NCBI GenBank assembly: GCA_000388065.2 | Contig: KB932205.1 | Reading direction: 5' to 3' (one strand) | DNA length: 23,793 nucleotides | DNA from: Fonticula alba ATCC 38817 | Taxonomy: Eukaryota > Protista > Nucleariida | Part shown: positions 1-10,623 of the stretch, piece by piece | Layout: each line of letters begins with the position of its first letter | Position numbering within the stretch: position 1 is the stretch's first letter | Translations under genes and position numbers: made by a program | Notes under the pieces: model-generated | What the model saw: the letters and a program-made list of their open reading frames with translations, nothing else | Database searches by the model: none | Told to the model about the DNA's origin: nothing

Positions 1-2
1 GT

Positions 3-398
3 GCGCGCGGGGTTCTCAGATCCACCCCACGACCAACCCAAGGTCAAAAGGGGGACTCCCTGCGGGAGCCTCCTGAGAGCGAAGACCTTAGCAGCTATGA
101 CGATGTTGACTATGTTGACGATGTTGAAGTATACGCTTGTATGCTAAGACAACCTGACAGAGTCTCAGCCCAGCCTGCGAACATCTGTTCTAAGGCTTCC
201 TCTCGAACCCCTTTTGTTACACGAATTGCTTTCTATTTTGCTCGCCCCGCTAACTCGCCCCCTAGGTCGAGTTACCTTGTCTCGTCGCTAGTAATCTCAT
301 CACCCTTCTGGTTCGGTACGCCCTCCTTCATGCCCGAGCGGTCCCTAACCAGTAGTAAGATTTCCGGTATAGCTTCCGTCAAAGCTTCACTCCTTTGA
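3..398 (+). CDS. Possible 3' end of an unknown ORF running in from the window edge (131 aa open; acidic SEDLSSYDDVDYVDDVEVY patch)
   Basis: Frame 3 is open from nt 3 to TGA 396-398. Region 121-420 is ~50% GC by hand count (150/300), unlike the host-like exons. No recognisable domain. Confidence 0.2.
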   Translation, partial: ARGVLRSTPRPTQGQKGDSLREPPESEDLSSYDDVDYVDDVEVYACMLRQPDRVSAQPANICSKASSRTPFVTRIAFYFARPANSPPRSSYLVSSLVISSPFWFGTPSFMPERSLTSSKISGIASVKASLL

Positions 399-870
399 CG
401 TAAGACTGGATCCGTGAGAACCCTGCTACACCCCGGTTTGTGCTGGGGCATTTTGCTGGAGCATTCTCCTGCCTTGCTCGATCATATGAAAAGGCGCTCA
501 AGCCCCCCTCGGCCGTACTTCTCCTCAATATGCATCCATCTCCATCGATGCTCTCTTGGGCTAGGCGTGCGGCCAGTTGCTCCGCACCGGCCACCTCCGG
601 GGCTCATGTTCTCGGCCTGCGCTCGGGCCCCCGGGGTCTTCTTGTCTCCCTCGCCCGCTCACCGACCATCTTCGTTTCGAGAGACGGCAGCCCTCTGAGG
701 AGGGCATGTCGCGGCCAAGGCGCCCATCATCGCACCCCGCCTGATCGGCCTTCGGCGATCGGCAAACGCGCCTTGATTATCGCGTGAAAATGGGACGCGT
801 CACGGGAAGCTCACGGCAAGGGCCTGAGAAAGAAGCCGCCACAACAAGGGCTCGGTGTGGCTCCCGCCCT

Positions 871-895
871 CGCCCCGCCCCGCCCCGCCCCGCCC
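871..895. repeat. (CGCCC)5 GC-box-like pentamer tandem; G-quadruplex-capable on the minus strand
   Basis: Read directly from sequence; lies ~600 nt upstream of the lipase ATG at 1496. Confidence 0.8.
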
Positions 896-1459
896 CTCGC
901 CCTTGCCCCGCTGGCTCCTCCGTATAGGGATGCGGCCAGCGTGCTCGGCTCGCTGTTGCCGGCCCCTTCCCAAGGCCCGAAGCCCAGTTGGCAGGTCCCT
1001 GGGGCGTGGAGGCCGGAAGGGAACAGGCCTGGAGACATGCCTCTCCTCCGTGCTGTCCCGTCCGAGATGCGGCAGATTCGTCGCAAGGAGTCCCCGTCCT
1101 CGGGGGGAGGGGGGGAGGGGGCCAACAAGGCTTTAAGACGGTCTCCCGCCAACAGCACACTACCCATCACCGTAACGGCCTCCATCACTCGCCACCGCTC
1201 TCCCTCCTTGCTTTCTTCCTTGCTCCCTCTCTCTCTCTCCCCCCCTCCCCCCCCCCCCCGTCCCTCCCTCTCCGCTGCCCTCCTCCACCCCTCGCGCGTG
1301 CCCGCACGATCCCATCCCCACGGCCGACTGCCGAGTGCACTCCCTTCCGGTGATACCATCCTCTGGCTTGCCACCGGCTCGGGCACACGTCCCCCTCTCC
1401 CTCCCGCCCCCTCCCACCCCCTCCTCTTGGGTCCTGTGATTGCATTCACCGCCGTGTGT

Positions 1460-1496
1460 CCCCCCCCCCCCCCCCACACACACACACACACACACA
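1460..1496. repeat. Compound C16+(CA)n microsatellite abutting the putative ATG
   Basis: Read directly; a similar Cn(CA)n block occurs at 2743-2769. Confidence 0.9.
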
Positions 1497-2214
1497 TGAC
1501 GCAGCCAATCTTCACCACCCAGACTGCGGACGAGGCCTTTCGGGAATCGTCCGCCCCGCCGTCGCCCTCGCACGTCCCTCCGGAGGACGGGTCCTCCGGG
1601 TCGAACAAGCACCTCTTTGTCCTGTCACACGGCTTCTGCGGCATTCCCAGCAACATGACCTACCTATACACGCGCCTGATGAAGTATGGCCGGTCGAATG
1701 TGGTCGTCGTATGTGGTCACTGCTCTGCACCCTCGTCTCTTCCCTCTGCCACGCCTCTGCGCACATTCAGCCGCACATGTTTGCACTGGACTTACCGACC
1801 ACCGGTATTCCCTCCCCCGGCCCCCTCTGCCCGGGCAGCTGAACGCCACCTCCAATACCGGCTTTCTGACTATGGACGGGATTGACATCTGTGGTGAGCG
1901 TCTGGTCGAGGAGGTGCGTCTCCCGCCGACATCCTGCCGCATGCCCTCGGCCCGGCTACAATTTGCGCCGTTCCGACATGCCATCAGTCCCCTCTAACTG
2001 TGCCTCTCCCCCCCCCTTTGCCTGGTAGATCCTCGATTGCATCCAGACTCACCGCGACACCGGGATCAGCATCAACCGGATCTCCTTTGTCGGCTACTCC
2101 ATGGGTGGTCTGATCACCCGGTACGCCATCGGGTCCCTCCTGGCCCGGGGCTTCTTCCAGACGGTGGCGCCGATCGTACGTCGCGACAATCATGCACACA
2201 TGCCCCGGGGGAGG

Positions 2215-2249
<35 letters not shown>

Positions 2250-3061
2250 GAGGGAGAGAGGGAGGGAGGGAGACACAAACTCAAATACGCATATACCCCA
2301 CATGGGGTGGGGGATCGAAATGGGGCGAAAGAGGCGACCCCATGTCCCATCAACCCTGCCAAAAAAAAAAACCCGGGCGCTGACCATCACAATCCCTGTC
2401 TGCCACTCCGATGGCGTAGAACTTCGTGACCTTCGCAACGCCGCACCTGGGTGTTGGTCGGCTGCCGAGCCTGGCCTCCTCGGGGGTCTGGTTCCGCCGG
2501 CTGCGCAATAGCATGTCCGATGTGGTTGGCGGTCGTGCTGGTGCGCAGGCGCCTCCTTTCTTTCCTGCGGGACTTTTCCCGGCTCTCCTCTCCACCGCTG
2601 ATGCTCCGGTGCTGACCCTTGCTCCATCCCCTGGCCCTGCAACCTGGGTTCGTGCCTGCCCCAGCCAAGCAGATGTTCCTTCTGGATGGCACCACCGAGG
2701 ATGACCCGCTTCTCTTCCGCATGACGCTTCCGGGTACGCCCTCCCCCCCCCCCACACACACACACACACTACCTGTGTCCCTTTCTCTCCCTGTCCTCCC
2801 TCCAAGAAGCTGACCATCTCTCCTCCAACCTCCGACCCTCCCTTGCTCTCGCTTTCCCTCCCTTTTTTCCTCCCCTCTCCCCTACTCCAGGGAGCTCCTT
2901 CATGGAGGCACTGCGGCTTTTCCAGCGTCGCGCACTCTATGCCAATGGCCGCGGTGACCGCCTGGTGTCCTACTCCTCGGCGGCCATTCACATCCCCAAT
3001 TGCAACCACGAGACACCAAACCCCTACCGCCAGGATCAGAGCTACTTCGGCCAGGGGTATG

Positions 3062-3098
<37 letters not shown>

Positions 3099-4602
3099 CT
3101 GACCCCCGGGGGGCTGACAGGCCCTGTCCGGGCTCTCCCTGCTAACCGGTGCTGCTGCTGTTTGTTTGCTTTTTCCCCTCCCGTCCCTTGTCCCCCGGCT
3201 TGTTGGCAGCTCGCTCGAGTCCTTCCCCCACGTTGTGCGTGTGTACGACTCCAACTCGCCGCTGAATGTGGCCCCTTGCCGAGGGTCGGCTGCCGGGGCT
3301 GCGATAGCCGACGCCGACGCCGACGCCGACGCTCGGCATCCTGCTCCCTCTTCTCGGCGGCCCCCTCCGGCCGCGGGCAACCCGACCGATGAGGACCACC
3401 CGGCCTCCGAAATCACCTTCCTGGACTACTCGCCCCCGCGGTCCAGCAGTGTGGCGGCCATCGCCGTACCGGTGTCCATCTTCCTGCTGATGAGCCCGGT
3501 CTTCCTGCCGACCTTCCTGGGGATGTTGGTTTTCTTCTCGGCCATGTCGCACGCGCGCTTGACCTTCCAGCTGGAGGCGCCGCCGAGCGACTGGCCGCCG
3601 ACCGTCCTGCCAGCCTCATCGGCCGAGGCCCTGGCCGACTGCGAGTCCCGGGAGTCGGTCGCGTCGACCCCCTCGACGCCCCTGTCACCGAGCACCGGGC
3701 CCGAGGAAAGCCAGCCCCACCGCAAGTCGTCGACCCAGGGGCACATGCCGGCCGAAAGGCCCGCGTGCATTGTCACGCACATCCGAGTCCCGCTGGCCCT
3801 TTCGGACGGGCGGCTGAATGGGCTGCTGTGTGAGAGCTGCATCCGGGAGCATGGAGCCGCCTTTGCGCGGGTGGTCGAGTACCAACACCAGCGCCAGCGC
3901 CAGTTGTCTGGTGGCGCGGATGAGGGGCCCCAGCCACAGCGCCTGGCCGGGGGGATGGTCAACATCCGGCCCTTCATGGCCCTGTCGCTGAATGACTGTC
4001 TCTGGACCAAGCACGATGTGCTGATCCCGGCGCCGCTGAATACCCACGGCCCGATCATCAACCGGGCCTACTTGGAAGGGGATGACCTGTTCTTTGATGA
4101 CATGGAATCCGAGCACTTTGTCATGGCGGCCGGGCCGGGTGCCAGCGACGCCGAGCTCGATATGCCGCTGCTGGTGGCCGACTCGGCGGCCACAGCAGAG
4201 TCCGAGCATCTTGACACAGTGGACCCGGCCGGTCCGGCGGCCAAAGGCACCCACCACCCCCCAGGTCGCCAGGTTCAGTCGGAGGCGGATTTGCGCCGGC
4301 CACGTCGCGGCTCGGCCTCGCGTGAGGCGGACCTGGGCGGGACGCAATCAGGCGCCCTGGCATCGTCGGAGGAGGGGGACTCGCGCTCATCGTCGTCCTC
4401 CTCCTCCTGGTGGCGCGTGCGCCGGTCGGACACTGGGTCCACCGATGCCCGGCGGTCGCAATCGCAGCAACTCGAGCGCCGTCCGGCCGACGATTCCTCC
4501 AGCACGCCATATCCCTCTTGGCTGTATCGCGTGCGCCGGCGCGTCGCGGCCTACTCGGCGCGAGACATTGTCTCGCATGGCGTCCAGCAAATGTCCTTCT
4601 GA
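1496..4602 (+). CDS. DUF676-family putative serine esterase/lipase (alpha/beta hydrolase, Lpl1/Rog1-like), 7 exons, ~727 aa
   Basis: Exons 1496-1708, 1839-1913, 2029-2175, 2420-2540, 2665-2733, 2891-3056, 3210-4602 join in phase through GT-AG introns. Family motifs appear in order: HLFVLSHGF, TMDGIDICGERL, ISFVGYSMGGLITRYAIG (GxSxG), NFVTFATPHLG, FQRRALYANGRGDRLV, NTHGPIINR. The start is uncertain because the frame is open upstream to 857 and a CAG at 1502-1504 could be an acceptor. Confidence 0.88.
2207..2273. repeat. Polypurine (GA)n/Gn tract in lipase intron 3
   Basis: Uninterrupted purine run inside intron 2176-2419. Confidence 0.9.
3064..3094. repeat. (CA)n microsatellite in lipase intron 6
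   Basis: Read directly, just after the GTATGT donor at 3057. Confidence 0.9.
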
Positions 4603-5007
4603 TGTGCGCGATCGAGCGTGTGTATATATATATGAATCTATGTGTGCGGTGTCCTGTGTCTGTGCGAGCATATCGGCGTGCGAGCATGCTTACAGGTGAG
4701 GGTTTCTCGAGGGGTGTGCGGATACGTGTGTGTGTGTGTGTGTGCGTGCGCACGTCTATTTGCGTAATTTCACATCGGCCGCTTTTCAATCGGCGCGTTG
4801 CCCTGGATGGGATATTGGCCGGAGACCGAGCGGCTGTGGTGGATGCCCCCAGGATGCTGACTGCAGCACGGCGGAGAGGGTGCCGCGAGGCATGGCGAAG
4901 AGGATAGAGGAGGGAGTAGGATTACAGGATCCGGGAGGTCATGTGGGAGGCGTACACGCATTCCGGAACTAGCAGTCAGGAGGGGGTGTATATGACTGTG
5001 TGTATGT

Positions 5008-5038
5008 GAGAGAGAGAGAAAGAAAGAGAGAGAGAGAG

Positions 5039-5069
<31 letters not shown>

Positions 5070-5073
5070 GAGA
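5008..5073. repeat. (GA)n/(GAAA)n polypurine microsatellite
   Basis: Read directly. Confidence 0.9.
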
Positions 5074-5101
5074 TGGAGAGAGGCCGAACGTGACAGCACG
5101 A

Positions 5102-6385
5102 TCATCTTGCGTCCGGCGATGGTTTCGTTGCCTGGAGCCCGCGAAGGCGTTCGAATAGCAGCCCGCGCCCGTCTCCCCCGGTCAGTGCTCCTTCCCTCCG
5201 AACAGTAGACCCGAAGGAGGGGATGGTCAAACTGAGAAGCGTGGCAAGGGCACCAGGCCGGCGAGGCGGCCTGCCTGGGGCCTACCCGGCAGCAGGCAGA
5301 GCCCGGGCACACATGGCACCGGTCCCGCGGGGCGGGGAGGAGAGATGGGGAACGGCACACCCAGGTGCCTGGGCCCTGGCCGTGGAAGATCTGGACCGCC
5401 GAAGGCGAGAGAGGCCCAGGAGTTAGCATGTGGCTTCCGAATATCCCTCCAGGTGAACTCCTCGGACGTTCGCTTCGGAGACATACACAGAGCAAGGAAT
5501 CTAGATCATTGCATGGCCAGTTTTCCAGCGAATCCGACCCTCGTCAGGGGCGGAGGGAAAGTTGCTCTCCCTCGTTCCCTCTCACCTTCCCCCCTTCGGG
5601 AAGGGTGGCCATTGGTCGAGCGGCTGTTGGCTGGCTGTTCCGCCGGACCTTGGGGTACTCCGGGTCTGGGCACATCACTGGTGGATTCGCGCTCTTGCCT
5701 GGGGAAGAGTGCGGGGGGGNNNNNNNNNNNNNNNNNNNNNNNNNNNNNNNNNNNNNNNNNNNNNNNNNNNNNNNNNNNNCCCCTTCCCCCCTCCCCCTCC
5801 CTCCCGGCCCCCAGGGGAAAGGTGAAGGTCGTGTGAGGGGGGCTTTTGCGCGTCGACCAGGCGTGCTGGTTTTCCAGTTCAAGGCATTTCGAGGGGACTG
5901 CCATCCCGACGCACGGCGGGAGGGGGACGGGGGGAGTCGCAGGCAAGCCAGTAAAGGGGGCGAAGCCACCCAAGGCGAGGCGGTGAGAAACACGAAAGGA
6001 CAAGGTCCGATATGACGCGAGGTCCCCTCCTGGCAAGGGACCTCTCGTGCTCACCCGAGCGGACGACCAATGATGCCACACTCGATGGCAGCGGCTTGGG
6101 ATGAGTGGCAAACGCGAGGGAATTGCGGCGGCCAATGTCACTGCCCCCTTGTCTAGCCATGCTCAACGAACTGGTGGACAGTGTCGGGCGCGAAAACGAC
6201 CAGCAGGAAGTGCGCGGATGCTCGGGGCCCCGATGCCAAAGGGGACCCTTTGCACTCAGTAGAGGAGCTCTGCCGCAACCAAGAGCCCCATCTCCATTGT
6301 CCCCGGAGCCGGCTCCAGCAACAGCAAGCGGAGTCGGGGCGAGCCATGATGGCGTGTTGCCAGATGCCCAACCGGGGCCCCCCAT
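5102..6385 (-). CDS. Candidate spliced hypothetical protein (whole gene or 3' part), ~167 aa, Ser/Pro-rich
   Basis: Tentative exons 6385-6055, 5698-5586, 5390-5361, 5131-5102. Donors GTGAGC, GTGAGA, GTGTGC; CAG acceptors; branch-like CTAAC (5426-5422) and CTGAC (5185-5181). All junctions are in phase and end at TGA 5104-5102. No domain is recognised, and alternative paths are also open. Confidence 0.33.
5720..5779. other. Assembly gap (60 N)
   Basis: N run with a G-run on the left and a C-rich run on the right. Confidence 0.99.
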
Positions 6386-7041
6386 GTGTCGCGCCGCACT
6401 CCTCGCAGCCCAGCAACAGAGACAATGGGTAAGTGGCAGGGAGGACGGGGGGCGGGGGGCGGGGGGGGGGGGGGGGGTGCCACGAAAAGTACGAGGCGAG
6501 GTCCAATGGAAAACGGCCTCTGTGAGGAGAGACTGAGTGCTGTGAGGCTGGTGGAGTTTCTTGAGCTCGAGATCGCCTCGGGCCCGAGTACCGCCTCACA
6601 TGGGTGTGCGCCTGCCGGCCCTTTGCTGGGGCAGGGGACCGGCGGCTGCGGGCCGCCGTGGCCGGCCGGGGGTGAGAGCTGAACTTTCAGCAGCATGGCC
6701 AGGGTGCCCATTGAATGGTCGCATGTGCATATGCGGGAGGTCGGAACGAAGCTGCACCTCGTGTGTCGGCAAGCGCGCAGGCGAACTACCCCGACCGGGA
6801 CGAGGGGGAGGCGGATCCCACACACAGACACACGCACATGCCCAGGCGCCGGCACACAGACTACTTTCGAACAGCGGAGGTGACCAACAATGAGCGCCCC
6901 GCTGTTCCCGAGAGGGAGAAGGAAGGCGTGGCCGGTGCAGGCCGCCTGCCAGGGCTTGAAGAGAGTCCAGTGGCCAGGACATGACACGGTGGGGGGCTGT
7001 GTATTGACAAGCGGGCCTCGGCGGGGCCCGGACGGCACACA

Positions 7042-7062
7042 AAGAAGAAGAAGAAGAAGAAG
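7042..7062. repeat. (AAG)7 microsatellite
   Basis: Read directly. Confidence 0.85.
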
Positions 7063-7462
7063 AGGGATAAAGAAAAACCGCGCGCCGAGGTCTGCCACTC
7101 GGGCCACGCCCACGCCCGTTCCTCGCGGTCGCCAGTCGGCCCCGGGGCTCTTCCCTCAAAAGGGCCAGTCAGTAGGCGGGGCGTTTGTTTGTTGTTCGGC
7201 CACCTTGCCATGAGGCTGGCCTGTTCTCAGACCGACGAACTGGCGCTCCTGTTCTGCTGCTTATCCCAGTTCGATCCCCTCCCGTGGTCTTGGTGCCTCG
7301 CGGCGGGGTCGTAGCTCCGTAGGGGGGGAGTTGGCATCCTTCACGCAAGTGGCCCACAGCGAAACAGGGGGTCGGCAGGAGGGAAAATGAGGCCAGATCC
7401 CGAGGCAGGGGCAGCAGGTGGCCGGGCGAGGTCCGGCCTGGGGATGTCTCACCCCTTCTGAT

Positions 7463-7492
7463 GAGAGAGAGAGAGAGAGAGAGGGGGGGGGG
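7463..7492. repeat. (GA)n+Gn compound repeat; forms a polypyrimidine tract of a putative minus-strand 3' splice site
   Basis: Minus strand reads CTGAC (7539-7535), then a C/T tract, then CATCAG (AG at 7459-7458). Confidence 0.8.
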
Positions 7493-8731
7493 CAGGGGGA
7501 GATCATCCCACGAGGCGGCTCACAGCTGGCGCCGGTCAGGCAAGGACCGAGAGACCCCGACCAAAGGCCGAGCCTCGGGCGGGGGGGGGGGGGGGCCGGG
7601 GAACGGCGGTGGGTCGCAGAGCACCCCGGGACATGCGCGGCCGCAGGGGGTGGGCACGCGCGCGGGCGGGGCCCAGGCGAATGGGCGTCCGCGGTGTGTG
7701 TGCCCACTCCGTGTGCACAAATGCCTCCCATTCATTTGAGCCAGCGCGCAGAGATACATGGCGATTGGCCCCGACGCGCCAGGCACGCGACACCTACCCG
7801 CCCCCCCTCGTCCCCCGGACAAGGGCAAGCGGCCGCGGGGTGCGCTGCGGAGAGGCCAGATTACGGGCTACACCGCTGGGGCGGCAAGGGCCCGGGAGCC
7901 TGGCGCGGAGGGAGGGGGGTGGGGGGGCTTGGCCCCCTGTCTTGCCAAGGATCCCAGAGCCGTGATATGCTCGCGTAGGGTGCCCGAAAGGTGTCGCGTT
8001 TGCCCCGCCGGGCGCGGGTGTTCGCACGCGAGTCTCCCCTCCACGAAAGTAGCGAGAAAAGTCGGCCTTTATTTGCCCCGCCCGGGGGTGCTGCGCGCAC
8101 CGTGGTAAAAATGGCCCTGCCCTTCTCCCGCGCCGGTGGCGGCCGGCGTTCGCTTGCACGACCGGGCACGGCGGAGGGCCACCTCCCCGTAAGCACCTTC
8201 CCACGCCTCCGCCAAATAACTCGTAACTGAAGTACCGGTGCCGGCGCGCAGGTGAGCCCGGGTGTTTGTGTGCGTTCACGGGAAGTAGATCAGCCGGGTG
8301 GCGGTGTGCGCATGTACATAATGGGCACTATTATTATCTTCTTCTTTTTTCCTCTCCTCCCTCCGCCCCCCGTCCCCCGCCCCCTGGAGCCCTCTTCTGT
8401 CTGCCCCCAAAATTCGTGCTGGGGCCTAGTACTTCCAGGTCGCTGGTCGGGGCTATTCTCCTCGCCAAGACGTTCAGAGAGGCCTTTGGTACGCCATCCT
8501 TCCATGTGGATGAGTCACCGGCCCCAGGACTCTTGCACCCGGCTCTCCCCCCCCCCCCCCCCCCCCCCCCCCCGGGAGGGCCCAGGGGTCCAGGCTGAAA
8601 AGGAGAAAAGGAAACCCACGGGCATCCCCTGGCAGAGGGAGCGAAGAGGGCCGCGAGCACGGGCGCGGGGAAGCCGAGGGAGAGGGAGACAGAGAGACAG
8701 AGAGACGGAGGAAAAGAGGAGGCGAACGAGA

Positions 8732-8736
8732 CAGCA

Positions 8737-8782
<46 letters not shown>
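8732..8782. repeat. (CAG)n trinucleotide repeat, 17 units with one CAA
   Basis: Read directly; no supportable CDS around it. Confidence 0.9.
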
Positions 8783-8783
<1 letters not shown>

Positions 8784-9520
8784 GGGCGGGCGGGACATGT
8801 CACAGGCCCGAGCCGAGGGTCGGCCGCAATAAGAGAGGGCCAAGCATGGAGCCTGGCAAGCCGCGGCGGCCCCCCGAAGGTCCTTGCCGCGCCCGGCCGG
8901 GGGGGGAGCAAGGGAAATCGCGTCAAAGGCCCATCAGGGTTCGGTGTTCAAATACCCTCAGCGGCTAGTGGTAAAGGCACCGTGTGAACAGCTGCTGCCA
9001 ACTGCCCGGAAAACACCGGGCTCTCGCGAAGGCGCGTCGACTGGATGGCGGCCGTGCTACGCGAGCCGAGGAGGACACACCGGCGGGGACCGCGCCCGGG
9101 CTGCCTGGCGTTGCCAGGACCAGTGGTGGCAGGCAGCCCCAGCGCCCCGACGTCGAATGCCCTCGCCCATTATGCTCTGCGTGCCCATCGGCCTGGAGGG
9201 GATGGTGTGGCCGGGGGAGGGGGGGGGGGGGGCGCACTTTTGCCTCGTCGGCGTGGGCCGTCCGTCCCCAGCCCGACCCCGCTCAGATGGGGCTCCCCCC
9301 CCCCCCCCCCTCGCCCCTCCTCTCAGTCCAGTCTGGTCGGGGCCGGCAATGCCGGCCCCGAGCGTCGCTGGCATGTGTACGCTCCCGGCCACCGCCCTGC
9401 GCAGCCCCACGCATCCATGGCACTGCTGGCAGCATCGCCGTTGCGAGGGGGCCAGCTCGAGAGCGCACACACGCGGGAGGTGTGTATCTGTGTGTGCTTA
9501 TGTGCCTGAATGTGCATGTA

Positions 9521-9523
<3 letters not shown>

Positions 9524-9551
<28 letters not shown>
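9524..9551. repeat. (TG)n microsatellite
   Basis: Read directly. Confidence 0.9.
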
Positions 9552-9557
<6 letters not shown>

Positions 9558-10568
9558 TTGTGTTTGGGGGTGTGGGAGTGCATGAGTGTGCGCATGTATA
9601 CGGGGGCAGAATGATGGCCCTCTCGGCCCTCCTCCAGTCACTTCTGCGCCCAATTGCGGCTCCCCGGCTCCTGGCCAGGGAGTCGGGTCAACGAGGGCCA
9701 GGTTTCAAGCAGCGCTCGAAGGCCTGGGCGGTGTGCCGGCAGCGGCCCAAGGCCGTCTGCCAGCGCGCATGTTGAGCCCTCCCCGGGCGTGTGTTTGGCC
9801 CAGGGCGAACTTCCCGCGTCTTCGCGTGTGCCCAAGCCCAAGGGGGCTGGCCAAATTTTTTTTCCATCCTCGCCCGAAGGACGCTGGCCGTGGGCTGGCG
9901 GACATTCGGCGCCGGAGCCCGCCACCGCCGGACCTCGATTTCCGGCGCCCACCCACGGCGCACCCATTTGCGCCTGCCCCAGGCCACTCGCCTCACCTCG
10001 TTCCTCGGATCAGGCTGGCTGGTAATCCTTGATCCACGCGGGCCCCGGTGGCCGGTGACTGGTCGCCGTCGGAGACCAACAACACCGGACTCCCGGGCCA
10101 AAGGCCCTCGGCGCGGGAGGGGGGGGGGGGCGAGAGACGGACACCAGCAGGACAGTAGAGGGGCCGGGCAGGGGCCTAAGCGCGAGCGGAAAGGACAACT
10201 CCGGCTCTAAAGAAGGGGGCCCAACGCCCCGGGCCCGGGAGGAAACACAGAGATGGTCCGTTCAAGCCCCGCCCTCCCCCCCCCCTGTAAACGATGCCGT
10301 CCTGGGCCAGGAAGCGTGCGCACGCGATGCGGGGCTCATGCCGCTCCGAGATGTCCTTCCCATTCCGCCCTGCAAGCGCGCGCGCACGCACACACAGGCG
10401 TGGGTCACCCGCAAACACTCACAACAAAAGAGGGTGGGACTTGACGGTGCGGCGCGGCCCCCCCGCCGCCTCCCCCATGGACTTGACGCTGTCCAGCCGG
10501 GAAAGCGGCACCCATAGCCGGCCTCTCCCCAGGCATTTGGCCAGATGCCCTGGGCGCCTGCTCATGTC

Positions 10569-10580
10569 TGTGCGTGTGTG

Positions 10581-10622
<42 letters not shown>
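10569..10622. repeat. (TG)n microsatellite, slightly imperfect
   Basis: Read directly. Confidence 0.9.

Positions 10623-10623
<1 letters not shown>

Noticed and set aside
2549-2554. Possible GC-AG intron after GAQ in the lipase
   Set aside because: A canonical GTGCGC donor at 2541 with CAG at 2662-2664 gives an in-phase join, so a GC donor is not needed.
6019-6044. 8-bp inverted repeat GAGGTCCC/GGGACCTC
   Set aside because: A single short hairpin in GC-rich DNA with no associated terminator or element features.
6105-6536. Plus-strand ORF ending at a perfect G/GTAAGT donor (6429)
   Set aside because: No downstream plus-strand acceptor context, and it overlaps the better-supported minus-strand candidate. 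Not fully excluded.
7270-7285. GTTCGATCC B-box / tRNA T-loop-like motif (also GTTCGAA at ~5149 and ~11407)
   Set aside because: No T-stem pairing, no A-box and no cloverleaf.
8252-8968. Poly-Gln ORF around the (CAG)17 repeat
   Set aside because: Made up of C-runs, GA-repeats and the CAG repeat, with no coding-like codon bias or splice support.
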